Positions 40,298 through 54,732 of a DNA stretch of 64,000 nt are shown piece after piece (position 1 is the first letter of the stretch; every line of letters begins with the position of its first letter). The stretch spans positions 73,098,001 to 73,162,000 of the forward strand of contig NC_043004.1 in the NCBI RefSeq assembly GCF_006345805.1, given 5' to 3'. This stretch comes from Octopus sinensis. Its lineage: Eukaryota. Both the position numbers and the translations under genes were made by a program. The notes below the pieces were generated by a model, which saw nothing but the letters and a program-made list of their open reading frames with translations, did no database searches and was not told the origin of the DNA.

Positions 40298-41057
40298 GAT
40301 TGATTTCAAGCAGTGACCTGAACTTCCAGAACAAGGAAGTTTGTTCTCAGACGCTGTTTGGACTACTACTTTCAAATATAGTCGCCCAACAGAGTCAATT
40401 TAATAGCGGAACTCAAAGTAATTCAAAGATGCTACATCGGGAAGATTGCTTCAATGAAACCGTTGAGTTAGTAAGACTGTAAGACTTATGACTCTTCGTC
40501 CCGAAGTGAAGATGAGAAAGATATATTATGATAGACATATAGAAGATCCTGGAGAAGCTGGCAACGACCTGTGACATCGCGCATTATACCACCCCTCGAA
40601 CAGGACGCCACGAAGGCGTCTAGAGTAAGAACCGTATGCTGTAATAACTTAGACCTCAAAGGCCCACAACTGTAATATATCTTGCCAAAAATCTGAAGGA
40701 TCTACATGGAGTGGGGGAAGGGGTTAGAATATTTTCAAGAATTACTTTGATCTTCAGCTGTCCAAGATTCCATGTGAGCCTATACTAAGGTAACAAACTC
40801 AAATGAAAGCAACAATATTAAACTCCATTATTCATCAAAAGCCAACCACAGAATGGCCGTTGAAAGATAATGATAATAGTGGTGCCCCAGCATGGCCACA
40901 CACTTTGGGTTGGAATACGTAAAGGAAATAAAGGAAATAAATCACGTCTTAAAAAGGTAAGACACAAGACAGATGTAGACTTTAATATACTAAAAGACAT
41001 TTTGATCATAGTTGGTACGTCTTTCAAAGTAAGCCTTTCTGATTAATCAGGACCAAT

Positions 41058-41700
41058 CTTTTCTACTTTAGGTACAAGGCCCAAAATTTGGCGGGGGGTG
41101 CCAGTCTATTAGATCGACTCCAGTACGCAACTGGTACTTAATTTATCGATCCCCGAAAGCATGAACGGCAAAGTCGACCTCGGCGGAATTTGCACTCAGA
41201 ACGTAAAGAAAAACGAAATACCGCTAAGCAATTCGCCCGGCGACTAACGTGTCTACTAGCTCACCGCCTTCAAAAATTCTTTTCTACCCTAGGCACAAGG
41301 CCCGAAATTTTAAGGGAGGGGGTCCAGTCGATTAGATCAACGCCAGTACGCAACTGGTACTTAATTTATCGGCCCCGAAAGGATGAAAGGCAAAGTCTCC
41401 CTCGGCGAAATTTGAACTCAGAACATAAAGACAGACGAAATACCACTATGCATTTCGCCCGGCATGCTAACGTTTCTTATTTCTTTACTACCCACAAGGG
41501 GCTAAACACAGAGGGAACAAACAAGAACAGACAAACGGATTAAGTCGATTATATCGACCCCAGTGCGTAACTGGTACTTATTTAATCGACCCAGAAAGGA
41601 TGAAAGGTAATGTCGACCTCGACGGAATTTGAACTCAGGACGAAATACCACTGAGAATTTCGCCCGGCGAACTAACGTTTCTGCCAGCTCACCGCCTTTG
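41058..41700 (-). mobile_element. Tandem cluster of three family-B SINEs
   Basis: Repeated CCCCGAAAGGATGAAAGGCAAAGTCGACCTCGGCGGAATTTGAACTCAG units with two alternative tails. Confidence 0.85.
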
Positions 41701-42455
41701 ACCAGGGCCAATCTTAAAGCATAAAAGATCACGAGAGAAATTCTCCATCCACCATGACACCGATTTCTGATTTTGCTGTGTATTTTTTGTTTAACACTAG
41801 ATCATCCCTAGAAGAGCAGATGCATTAACAAAGACAGGGAACACGACCATCCCTACTTTTATTGTAAATAACGAACTACGTTATTCAATCTACCCTGCTT
41901 TATTTAAGACGATAGAGTGTACTTTGAGGAAGAGTTAGTTGCTATCTCTAGTGTAGTACACGGTGGCAAGCAGCATGAACACCGCTTCTGTCTATTATTT
42001 AATTAGCCATATATTTTGAGTAGGAACATGTAAAAAGTTCAATGATCTGTTAACGACATCATAAAAAACCGAATCATAAGGGTTGGATAGAGAAAGCCAC
42101 ACAACGATAAATTCTTTTTCCTATTTGTTTTGGCAGAATGTATGGAATTCCAAATCATTTAGACATTTTTAAGAGACCTTGGGGATCTTGTAACAGGGAT
42201 TTTGTACAAATAAAACTCTACGATTTACTTTGATAATCGCTTCACTTATGCTCAGAATACATACAAACATACATACATACATACATGCATACATACGTGT
42301 GTGTGTGTGTGTAAGTGTGTGTGTGTGTGTAAGAGAAAGAAAGAGAGAGTGGAGGGAGATAGAGAATGTATAAGTGTGTGCTTTGTATTTATATACAAAT
42401 TGTGTTGAACATCTAAATTTCAGATTTCTATGGGTGTGTCCATTGTGTGCCTTCC

Positions 42456-42497
<42 letters not shown>

Positions 42498-44699
42498 AAT
42501 ATACATAGAAACATAAATACATGCATATGTATGTATGCATATATGTATGTATGTATGTATGTATGTATATGCATCTATGTATTTACTTTTTAGACAATTT
42601 AAAGAACTTGATACTCTAACAACAAGGTACTTAGGATTTAGTCAATGCAAAATTATCTTCCAGCATGTACAGTGTTTCGACTATGAAAGCAACTACGGAG
42701 AGTGTGTTATCGAAAAGTAAATGTTAAATATCGAATTATTTTTTCTTCTTTTTACATTGTTAAGGTTTTGACAAGAAGAAACAATAAAGAAAAGCAAGAA
42801 AAACAACAAATGCATACAATAACGAGAGAGAAGGAGTGGAAAGGCAAAATCGGATTAAAATTTAGTGCGTGTTCGAAGAGAGCATAAAGAACACATAAGG
42901 ACTGAACAGGCCGAACCACCCAGTATGGATATAAGGAGCAAGCAAAGTTTAGATAGGACCCTACATACGATCATCATTTCAACAGGAGTGGCTGTGTGGT
43001 AAGTAGCTTGCTTACGAACTACATGGTTCCGGGTTCATTCCCACTGCGTGGCACCTTGGGAAAGTGTCTTCTACTATAGCCTCGGGCCGACCAAAGCCTT
43101 GTGAGTGGATTTGGTAGACGGAAACTGAAAGAAGACCGTTGTATATATTTACATATATATATATATGTGTGTGTGTATATGTTTGTGTGTCTATGTTTGT
43201 CCCCTCAACATCGCTTGACAACGGATGGTGGTGTGTTTACGTCCCCGTAAATTAGCGGTTCGGCAAAGGAAATCGATAGAATAAGTACTAGGCTTTCAAA
43301 GAATAAGTCCTTGAGTCAATTTTCTTGACTACAAGCTGTGCTCCAGCATGGCCGCTGTCAAGTGACTGAAACATGTAAAAGAGTAAAAAGAGTATTCAAA
43401 CCGGCTGTATCAGGCCAAAATATTTTGTTTGTGTTCAAACTAGCCGGATCCAGCACCTCACACCTGCTCTACAATGTTATTCTAGAACTAAACAATCACG
43501 TCATCGAAATTCTTTCATTCGTTCATTATTTAAATTATTTTACCTTTAAAGCTGCGGTCATGCTGGGGCACCACCGTTGACTGAAACCTCCTATGATACG
43601 TGGCATTTGTTGAATGAGGGAGTTTGTTGCTGCTGCCCTAATTCGTGTTTCCTATCCTGAAGTAGGCACATCTGGAACCCTGGACAAGAGGAGATCTAGT
43701 TTTGTTTTGAAGACGCTTACATCAACACCATGCAGATCTCTCAGGAATTTTGGACGGATACTGAAGAGCTGTGGGCCCTTGAAATCCAAGCTGTTGCAGT
43801 ATCTGGTCCTGTATTTTGATGGTAATACTGAGATTACAAAATATCCTATTATTAATTCAAAACAATGTGAATAAATATTACATTTGACACAGTAATCCGT
43901 GTGTTTGAGACCTAAAGACAGTCTACCTCAACTCAACGGAACAACACAAAAGCAGTCATATTCCTATTCGTTGCTGTCGAATTCAAAATTTGAACAACTT
44001 TACATTAACATTATTTTGCTTCTGTTACTAAACCGCTGTTTATTGATGGCCTTATTTTTGTTAGATCTATCATTAACACTAAGAAAGACGAAATATATAT
44101 TATTTTGCATGTTACAAAATGTGATTATGACCAATCTATTTAATCCCCAAAATCTTCCAATGAATCTTAAACATGGGCATAGTAGCCAGTGACTCTGTTG
44201 TTGTTATATATATATATATATAGCAGAGTGCTTATGCAAAGATGGCGGACATTTTTTTTCTTAAAAAGTGCAATCATGTGTTTACTTATAGATTTTGAAA
44301 AATCAACACATTTTTTCAAAAATTATTAACCCTAGAACGGATAACGTCTTTGCTGTAACCTTCAGTCTCCGTATATTATTGCTTCTGCAAATCTAATGAA
44401 GCTCTTAGCTATACACATAAACAATTCAGCCAGTCAAGGAATTCCCTAAATAATTTAGATTAAATTGCTTTAAATTATATGCTTTTGCTTATGGAAACAT
44501 CGGCGGTTTTTGAGGCAACTACGTTAACACTTTCTACAGATGGGAATTTAGCGAGAATTTCCTATACATGAACTCCTACAAAATGCTCGCCGTAAAACTG
44601 CTGGTTCGGTCATCTATAGAATGTAAATGTAGCAGCTCTATAGCATAAGCACTCTAGATTCTGTAGTAAGAGCGTTATTATGATCTCATATTCCGCCGC

Positions 44700-45400
44700 A
44701 CCTAATCTCGTTCATGGCATTGCCTCTTTTAAATGAGCTAAAACAAAATATTACTCCAACACCACACCCAGTAACTGCACCTATATTAACCTTACTGACT
44801 GCACTCTTAATTCGAACTGCATGTAAAATGATATGATGTACTGATGTAATGTACAGACATTTAATCCCCCACAAGATTTACCACTAATCCTTTTAAGTTT
44901 CGTTGCGAACCACTTTTCCACACATTTAGAAATTCAACTAGAAGCAAGGCCTCTACACTTTCAATTTATATCTGAAAATTAAGGAATATTCAAACATTAC
45001 CACACAAAAAGAAAATGCCTCAGACAAATCTTATACAACATTTGTACTACAGAAATCTATGAAATTATTTTCGCTAAGTACACCAATCCTACAAACTCGT
45101 CTCACCTTTACAAAATGTTCAGGTCTTAGAAATATTATAACCAACTTCTTATCCAGATTAGTGACCAGTTTTGAGGAGCCTAGATGTCTTTCACTTTTGA
45201 GGAGCCTAGAAGTATTCAAACAGACAGCATTTATAGATGTCCGCAGAACTTCTTCATCCTGGGCACTACCTTACAGAAAAACACTACTCCTATTTAACTT
45301 TTTTTACCTTCCTAAGAATTCCTCTTTCTATCATACAAGCGCAGATACTTGCCATATTTAGACTTTTGCTGTGAGGCACCATAATGGAGTAATTTTTCTA
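44700..45400 (+). mobile_element. Possible very old LINE fragment
   Basis: Broken reading frames with weak resemblance to post-RT LINE regions (KRKCLRQIL...); not diagnostic. Confidence 0.25.
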
Positions 45401-46093
45401 TTTAGATAATTACGAGGTTTCGGAATCAGTCCCTTGGTGTGCCATCTTGAGTATATTAATTCTACTATAGCTCCAGGTCGAACAATGACTTGTAAGTGAA
45501 TTTGTTTGACGGACACTTTGCTAAAGCCCGTCGAATTTACAAGTATACATACATTTGTGTATGTGGTGAAAATATATCGTTAAATATATCTATGGTCATA
45601 TATGTATGTGTGTAGATGGATGGATGAATGGTGCGTGTGTGTGTGCGTGTACATTGCCGCTCGACATTGTGGATTCAATTCTTCGATCGACTGAATTACC
45701 TGCTCCTGAAATGACGTGCGACTACCCTTTTCGTATTTCTCGAGCAAAACACTCACAAAACAAGGCTGTGCTATTCAAATAACAAGTACAATTCACCCAA
45801 CTGTTTTCTATACAGTTTCTGTCTCCTCAATGTTGTCTAAACGATGGGGCAACTCGATGCCTTAGAAAATTACATTTGCTCAAGGTGCCACGTAGAGGGG
45901 TCGTACCTGGAACCTCATGGTTGGGAAGTAAATTTCTTAGCCATTCGGCCATACTATATACATACATGCAAACATACATATGTACATATATACATATTTT
46001 TTATTCTTTTACTTGCTTCAATCAGTTGATTGCGACCACGCTGGAGTACCGCATTTTAACGGTACTTTTGCCGAACCGCTAAATTACGAGAAG

Positions 46094-46470
46094 GTGAATG
46101 ACAATGACCTTTTCGTGCGCACAGTCTGTGACGGACCATGCCTGTCTTTGGCTGGCCTCAAATCTCAGCTGCGAACGCATGGAAAACGAACCTCAACCAA
46201 CTATTCTGACTATATATCTGTGCCCACCTTTGAATTCAGTGTATGCCAGAAGATTTGCTAATCCAACGGAGGCCTCAAAAGACATTTTAAGATCCACAAA
46301 GAACAGAACTTATCTGCAGGTATTGGAGGTCCAAACCAGAGGTGCAATCTATGCGGATGTCTTTTTAGAACATTGTCTGGTTTAAAAAGGCATATCAGAC
46401 GCCAAGATGGCGCTAAGGTGTAGGTACAGGAGGTGGTCAAACTCTGTATAAGTAGACAACCACCATATAT
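46094..46470 (+). pseudogene. Three decayed C2H2-like zinc fingers, probably the 3' end of an RTE-type retroelement
   Basis: One frame, 46094-46423: FVRTVCDGPCLSLAGLKSQLRTH / FEFSVCQKIC*SNGGLKRHFKIH / RCNLCGCLFRTLSGLKRHIRRQ; one internal TAA; ends ...GACAACCACC(ATAT). Confidence 0.6.
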
Positions 46471-46633
46471 AAAAGTTAAGCTAAGTTAGCGGTTGTAGTA
46501 ACCGACTAAGGGATAAAAGTATCTGTATTTACTATCGGTGTCAATTACCTGTGCTATCCCTGGGCATGAGTATGCAGGCACACTATGCTCATAGGGTAGG
46601 ATAACAGAATAAACAAAAGTTTATCAGGAATCA

Positions 46634-46837
46634 AATTTAAATAATCAGGAAATGGAGAAAACATTTGATCAACAAACAAACAAATTTGACCACATTGGCA
46701 GATTATTTTTTAATACAAAACTTGACATAACATTTCTGAGATGTTATGTCAAGTTTTGTTTTTAAAACATAATGTACCGATGTGGTCCAATTTGTTTGTT
46801 GATCAAAATTTTTCTCGATTTTCTGATTATTTGAATT
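46634..46837. repeat. Imperfect ~204-bp fold-back (palindromic MITE-like)
   Basis: Centre CAAAACTTGACATAACAT-ttctgag-ATGTTATGTCAAGTTTTG; outer arms TTTGATCAACAAACAAA / TTTGTTTGTTGATCAAA and AAATAATCAG / CTGATTATTT. Confidence 0.85.
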
Positions 46838-48254
46838 ATGTGTGTGTGCGTGTATGTGTGTGTACGACGGGCTTCTTTTTAGTTTTCGTTTATCAAATCC
46901 ACTCACAAAGCTTTGGTCGTCCCGAGTCTATAGTAGATGACGTTTTCACGAGGTGTCACTCAGTGGGACTGAACCCGGAACTATGTGGTTGTAAAGCAAG
47001 CTTCTTACCACACAGCCACGCCTGCGCCTGTGTGTGTGTGTGTGTATGTGTGTGTGTGTGTATGTGTACATATTTCAACTTGTATGTATATAAGAACCTC
47101 CTGACATAATATTTATCTTCCTCCCCCCATCCCACTCAACATGCCTCCTACCCCACTCCCTCCTCTCGATTTCTTTTTCTATTTTGTCTATCGAACACAC
47201 AACCCCTCCAAAATCTCTTTCGATTTCCTTGTTATTTTCTCCCTCGGCTCTTCCATAATCATCCCCTCTCACAATGAAGATGACAGCTCTCTATTTCTTT
47301 CCTCCTCCTCTCTCTATCAATCTATCTCACTATCTCTCTATCTATTTCAAAATACTCCTTCTGCTTTTGTGAGGTGACGATGTCGGATAAAGTAGAGAAA
47401 AGAGAACGCTTCTCCCTATTTTCCTCTCTCTTCTCCGTACCCGAAGGGCTCATTTCCATCACTCTGTTATTTCATCAATGATGTTTATTATTTTTACGTT
47501 ACCAAGGTGAGAAAAGAGTGTCCTATCTATGTACGTATGTATGCATGTATGTATATATGTATGTATATAGGTATGTATGTGTGGGTATGTATGTCTCTTC
47601 TATTTTTTAATTATTATAAACCTTCCACTGAGGAGGGAGCCGGTTTCCAACAAAGATACTAGGCTCCATCTTTGGGGTGTAGGTAACATAGACAAATTCC
47701 CATTTGGAACTTGAGAAAAGCTTGCAAATGTTTACTGTTCTTGTACTATTGTACTTGTACGAATTAGCCGATTGCACTTGTAATGTATATATGTATGTAT
47801 GTATGTATGTATGAATGTATGTATGTATGTATGTATGTATGTATGTATGTATGTATGTATGTATGAATGTATGTATGTATGTATGTATGTATGTATGTAT
47901 ATGTGTGTTCGTATGTTTGTACGAATGTTTATATGTTTTATTTTCTTTATTTAATAGAATTCTTCCAAAATGGAAGGACTGGTTTCTAAAATTAAACAAA
48001 GCCCGATCGATCAGTATTTTATATTATTTTAATTGTCTCAGCCATTTGACTGCGGCCATGTTGGGGCACCGCCTTAAAAGGTTTTAGTCGAAGAAATCGA
48101 CCCTAGGATTTATTCTTTGTAAGCCTAGTACTTATTCTAAGGGTCTCTTTCGTAGAACCGCTAAGTTATGGAGACGTAAACATACCAACATCGGTTGTCA
48201 AGCGATGATGAGTGGACAAACACAAACACAAAGACTCATACATATATATATATA

Positions 48255-48305
<51 letters not shown>

Positions 48306-49246
48306 TATACATATACGACGGGCTTCTTTCAGTTCCGTCTACCAAATCCACTCAAAAGGCTTCGGTCGGCCCGAGACTATAGCAGATGACACTTGCCCAA
48401 GGTGCCACGCAGAGGTACTGAACCCGGAACCATGTGGTTGGGAAGCAAGCTTCTTACCACACAGCCACGTAGATCTTTAGGAAATTTCTTGCATAGTTTT
48501 ACTGTTCTAACAGATTGCATTTTTAAAGTGATTGTTAAGCCCGTCCCTTTCTTTGCTCGAAAAACAGCGGCGATCAGATGTTCACGTTCAAATCAAACAG
48601 AACGTATTGAGAATGGACAGATACGTTACTGCTTCGATTTTAGGACTACTACATGTGCCTCATGGATTATATATTTATATATAATATCGCATCGAAGACC
48701 GGTGATTGTCGTGCGCTGACGACGGGTTATTGTTCAGAAACCCGGGTCTATGCGTATCACGTCAGGTCGACGATGGGAAGGATGGCTTCCCTTTGAAAAT
48801 ACTGATAGGGCACAGAAAGTGTGTCAATAGCCAGCTGGAAAAGATGTTCTCCTAGGGCTACAAGCTACAGTAGCACCCACCCTTAGTGGTTAGCCACATT
48901 TAAGTGGCAAATATACTTCACTTAGTCGTGCAGCTACTGTTTATACCTCGTTCAGAGATTTATTATTTATTATGTATATATTTTATTTATGACTATGCAC
49001 TATCTCCCCTACTGACCCTCTCGCGTCTGACCATTCTGTCCGAGTCAGACGCCATGATAGATCGTTAGCTACTACACACATTTTTGTCTCTCCTTGATAT
49101 TTTCTGTGTATTTTTCTCTAGAAAAGCGTAGGCTCGAAACGTAAAAGACTTTTTTTTTATTCCTGAGCGCTATACCAATACATTTGTTTGTTTGTACACC
49201 ACCTGCCTTCGTCTTTTGTTTATTTTCGTAAACTTTCCCTTTATAC

Positions 49247-49296
<50 letters not shown>

Positions 49297-49349
49297 TGTG
49301 TGTGTGTGTGTTGTGTGTGTGGTGTGTGTGTGTGTTGTGTGTGTGGTGT

Positions 49350-49403
<54 letters not shown>

Positions 49404-49675
49404 GATATGTAACGGTAAGATCAACGGATCAAGGTGTAGGAAGTTAGAGAGCTTCAAGTAGAACGTAGAAGATATTTTTAAAAAAACTTTCAGGAACAAC
49501 AGTGGTTTATTGGCGCAGAAGGTTCTGAATTTTTCCCATATCGCAGTACGATAAGCTAAAAATAAAGGTTATTTTATAGTTCACCCTTTGTGTGTGTGTG
49601 TGTGTGTTTGCGTAAGTGCGTCTATGTGCGCGCGCGCTTGTATCTATATATGTATAGAGCGTGTGTATGTGAAGT

Positions 49676-49726
<51 letters not shown>

Positions 49727-49852
49727 CAATAAAAATGGTAAATAATTTTTCAGTGGTTTTTCATACAACCAACAATTATTTACCGGTAAATTTCGGTATG
49801 TAAATATGACAATTTCAGCGTCAGGAACTTCTGTAAAGTTCAGTATATATTT

Positions 49853-50295
49853 AAAATAATTAAAAGGGCGGGCAACAGGCTGCTTCGCCGCACACCGAAG
49901 GAATTAGAAATGGCAATTAAAGACTGTTTTTTCCATTTTCTACAAGTGAACGTTCCATATACGACAAACCCTGCGATTCACACACGCAAAATCGGAGTAG
50001 CAAATAAACGAAAACAATCTCTTACCGTGAATGGTGAACATGTTTCTAGATCACAAGCTAGAAATTGCTTGATTTCCTTCGTCAAGCAATTTCTAGCTTG
50101 TGATCTAGAAACATGTTCACCATTCACAGTAAGAGATTGTTTTTGTTTATTTGCTACTCCGATTTTGCGTGTGTGAATCGCAGGGTTTGTCGTATATGGA
50201 ACCTTCACTTGTAGAAAATGGAAAAAACAGACTGCCATTTCTAATTCCTTCGGTATGCGGCGAAGCAGCCTGTTGCCCGCCCTTTTAATTATTTT
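49853..50295. repeat. 443-bp near-perfect palindrome (fold-back element; possibly a TTAA-flanked Kolobok-type MITE 49864-50284)
   Basis: Arms 49853-50072 and 50082-50295 with a 9-nt loop; about 4 substitutions and one small indel; TTAA at 49860-49863 and 50285-50288. Confidence 0.95.
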
Positions 50296-50396
50296 TATTA
50301 TATATATATATATATATACACTCACACACACAACGACACATACATACATATATACATACATACATAGCGAGGTACAGATATGTGCACAAGGCAAAT

Positions 50397-50436
<40 letters not shown>

Positions 50437-50512
50437 GTAAGTATGTAGGTAGGTTGGTTGGTAGGTAGGTAAATTCCTCGATTAATTGATTATTTGGCTG
50501 ACTGGTTGATTG

Positions 50513-50555
<43 letters not shown>

Positions 50556-51035
50556 AATTGATTGATAAATAGACACTCAACACACATTAACAATATCCAA
50601 TTAAGTCTATCCTAACATCCTTTTCATCACACTAGCTGACCATACCACTAACCCATGAACCAAAGAGGGTGCATCTACCTGGTCACCAGTTTGCCAAAAG
50701 TTGCTGCCAAATCTGCCTCAACGATCTACCATCACAGGAGGAAACGAGTTTGTTCAGGTGGCTCTGAATTCCCTTCACATAGTGAGAAGACAGAGTCGTC
50801 ACGGCTAATGTATCTATGAACTTTTTATCATTTGCCTGCTTGATCAGGTCCAACTTCGTGCTAAGTAACAACAAAAGAACCAACCGACCAGCCAGCCAAC
50901 CAGCCTATCATTTTGCTATTCAGTTTTCTTGCACTATCCTCCATTACAAAAAACAGCATAAATACATTATTGATGATGGTGACGCTAGTGATGCTGATGG
51001 TGGTCGTGGTGGTGGTCGTCGTTGTAGTGTGGTAG

Positions 51036-51072
<37 letters not shown>

Positions 51073-51817
51073 GGCGGCGGCGGCGGCGGCGGCGGCGGCA
51101 GCGGCGGGGTGTGGTTTGGTGGCGGTTACAGGATGAAGGTGGCGGCAGCGACTATTGTGATGAAAACGAAGAAAAAGAAGCAGAAGAAAAAGGAGGAGGG
51201 GAGGAGGGGGAGGAGGATGGGAGGGAGGGGGAGGAGGAGGAGGAAGTTAAAGACTTTTGATATTCAGTAAGGTGTAGCTAACAAGATTTGTGACCGGCTG
51301 TCAGTGAAACCTGTGTTAGCAGTGACATCTGGTGGACGCTTTTGGTGCTTAATTTCACCCGGATTATCCTTCATGTAGTCACTTATGCAGTCTTTTTTTT
51401 TTTTCACATATCGAGTTTGAGATTATATTCGGTTGTCATGGTGAAGGCGGGTCACGGGTTGGACAGCAGAAATGCAGTGGCTACCGTGGGAGGTGGTTAA
51501 TTAGCAATTACTCTCACACACTCTTGCACATCACTTTCACGCACGCTCACATATATATCCACACACACAAACACACGCACGCATACACACACACACACAT
51601 ATATATATTCGCACATACACCTGTACGCACACAAACTCACATACACACATATATCATATGTATCTAGAGGCACACGCACAATCGTTCACACACACACACA
51701 CACAAACACGCACATGCAAACATAATTATATGCGTGTGTGTGTGTGAGCGAGTGTGTGTGTGTGAGCGAGTGCGTGTGCCTCTAGATACATATGATATAT
51801 GTGTGTGTGTGTGTATG

Positions 51818-51865
<48 letters not shown>

Positions 51866-51900
51866 CACATATATATATATATATAATATATATATATATA

Positions 51901-51955
<55 letters not shown>

Positions 51956-52788
51956 ATACGCAATTGTATGTATATAAGCAGACACTCACGCATACACATT
52001 TCACACGTATAACTACCAAGATACGCATTCACACAGTCATATACGGGCATAAACGCATAAGTCATACACAAACACACAGAAGCACACACATACACACACT
52101 AGCACATGCCAGCGCATAAACACTCTCACACAAACACTCTCACACAAACACTCTCACACAAACACACACAACACACAACTCGCGCGCGCGCGCAATTTCT
52201 TCGCTTTCTCCATCTGACGCGCGGTAATAAGATCAAAGGTTTACTGATTCCTTGCGTTTATATGAAGAGGGAGGAAATGGTGTGAAAAGGAGGTGGGCTG
52301 AAGAATGGGTGACAGGGGTGGGGGCAAAGGTAGGGGGCAGTGTGGTGTGCGGGTGGGGGGAAAGGAATAACCAAGGAGGTGAGTCGGGGGCGGTGTAGCG
52401 GTGGTGTGAAGGGGGGAGATTTGTAGGAGCTCTTGAAGATTTGTTACGGTGGGGATGGTACAGCAGCAGGAGGAGTAGATCTTTTCATGGGTAGGGGGCG
52501 GGGGCGGGGGATAATGCTGGTAGGTGCCTGGGTGGGGTATGGAGGGAAAATGGATGGGTGTGGGTGTGAACTGTGTTCTTCGTATGTATATGTGTGCAAT
52601 CATGAATCTGTGTTCGCGCGTTTTGTGTGTGTGTGTGTGTGTGTATGTATGTGTGTGTGAGGGAGAACAGGTTCTCATGCGTGCCGCTATCGGTGTAGGA
52701 TAACCGTACGCAAATATAGATATATATATGTAAACGTACGTACGTGTGGATGTGTATGTGTGTATATATATATATATTATATATATAT

Positions 52789-52821
<33 letters not shown>

Positions 52822-52978
52822 GTATATGTATATGTATATGTGTACATATATGTGTGTATGTATGCGTGTGTATATACACACACACATATGCATATATTAT
52901 ATATATATATATATATATACATATATATATGTTATATATGCCATTTGTGTGCATATAGGTATATATGCATGTATGTTT

Positions 52979-53090
<112 letters not shown>

Positions 53091-53139
53091 ATTTACAAAT
53101 ATGTATAGATATTCATACATGCACATTCATTAGTGCAAT

Positions 53140-53171
<32 letters not shown>

Positions 53172-53241
53172 GATTGATTGATTCTAGTTTCAGCTCACGA
53201 GCTGTGGCCATGCTGGGGCACCGCCATGCTGGGGCACCGCC

Positions 53242-53281
<40 letters not shown>

Positions 53282-53423
53282 AGATGGATAGATTGATGGA
53301 TGTATGTATTTATGTACGTATGTACATACGTTTGTATGTATGTATGTATCTACATATTTATGTTTGCAGGTTTGAGTATAACTATTAAGCACATATATAT
53401 ATATCGCTCGCTCTCTCTCTCTC

Positions 53424-53458
<35 letters not shown>

Positions 53459-54701
53459 ATATTTGTATGTATGTATGTATGTATGTATTCATCTATCAAT
53501 CTATCTATGTATGCTTATAGACGTAGAGTGGTACCGCAAAGAAATGTTGCCGTATATGGAAATGTTATTATATCAGGGAGATGTCGAACGAATGTGGTCA
53601 ACTTGGTCATTGGCTTCGGTTATTAAAGTTATCCTAAAATCTAAGGATTTAGGTACCAGCTGTCTGTGATATTAAACAAGTCTTTTAATATTAATGGCAA
53701 CAGACTTTAGAAACAACGATTATTTGCAAATGTAACACTTGTAGACAATGGCTGTTTAAGCTGCATTTAGCCAACGGCTTAGATATTATGTGTGGTGAGT
53801 CTGGTTATATACCCGTATAGTTTATATATATATCTATGCAAGTGTTTGTGAGCGTGTATGTTGTTTGTGTGTGTATGTGTCTTTGTGTGTGGATGTGTGT
53901 GTGTGTGTGTGTGGCTAATAGTAAGTAATAACGCAAACCAGTAACTGGTTAATTCGCGGACATACATCATGCGTTATTCATTTGTAGTACATTTTTTTTC
54001 ATATAATACGTCAAAACATAATCAATAAATACATATCCACTCAGAATTGTGCACCTACAGCTATACACATGTGTATGCGTATATCTATGTATGCATTATA
54101 TATACATGTATACATATATTTACTCGTGTGTGTGTGTGTGTGAAGGCACGTGGCTTAGTGGTTACGGCAATCGGCTCACGATCGTAAGGTCGTGAGTTCA
54201 ATTCCCGGCGACGCGTTGTGTTCTTGAGCAAGACACTTTATTTCACGTTGTTCCAGTCCACACAGGTGGAAAAAATTAGTTGTACCTGTAATTAAAAGGG
54301 CCAGCCTTGTCACACTCTGTGACACGTTGAATTTCCCTGAGAACTACGTGAAGGGTATACGTGTCTGTGGAGTGCTCAGCCATTTGCACGTTAATTTCAG
54401 GAGCAAGCTATTCCGTTGATAGTATCAGCTGGGACCCTCGTCGTCGTAACCGTAAATTGGACAAGAACGCAAAACATCCAGACAGTCAGGTGATACAAAA
54501 AAGGGACAACAAAACATCCAGCTAGATGATACAAAGAAAACAAGAAAAAGCTAAGGGCATTAGATTCCTTGGAAGAAAGCAGCGAATGTATACGAAAACA
54601 AGGACGAAAAGAAACGGAGAATGTTACACAAATACAAATAACAGGATATAACAACAGGTGTCTTTCGACTAAGGGGGAATTAAATTAAGCTGGTGTGTGT
54701 G

Positions 54702-54732
<31 letters not shown>

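Noticed and set aside
49910-50394. Two similar ORFs on opposite strands (49910-50176 +, 49978-50394 -)
   Set aside because: The similarity is a trivial consequence of the palindrome; there is no recognisable domain.
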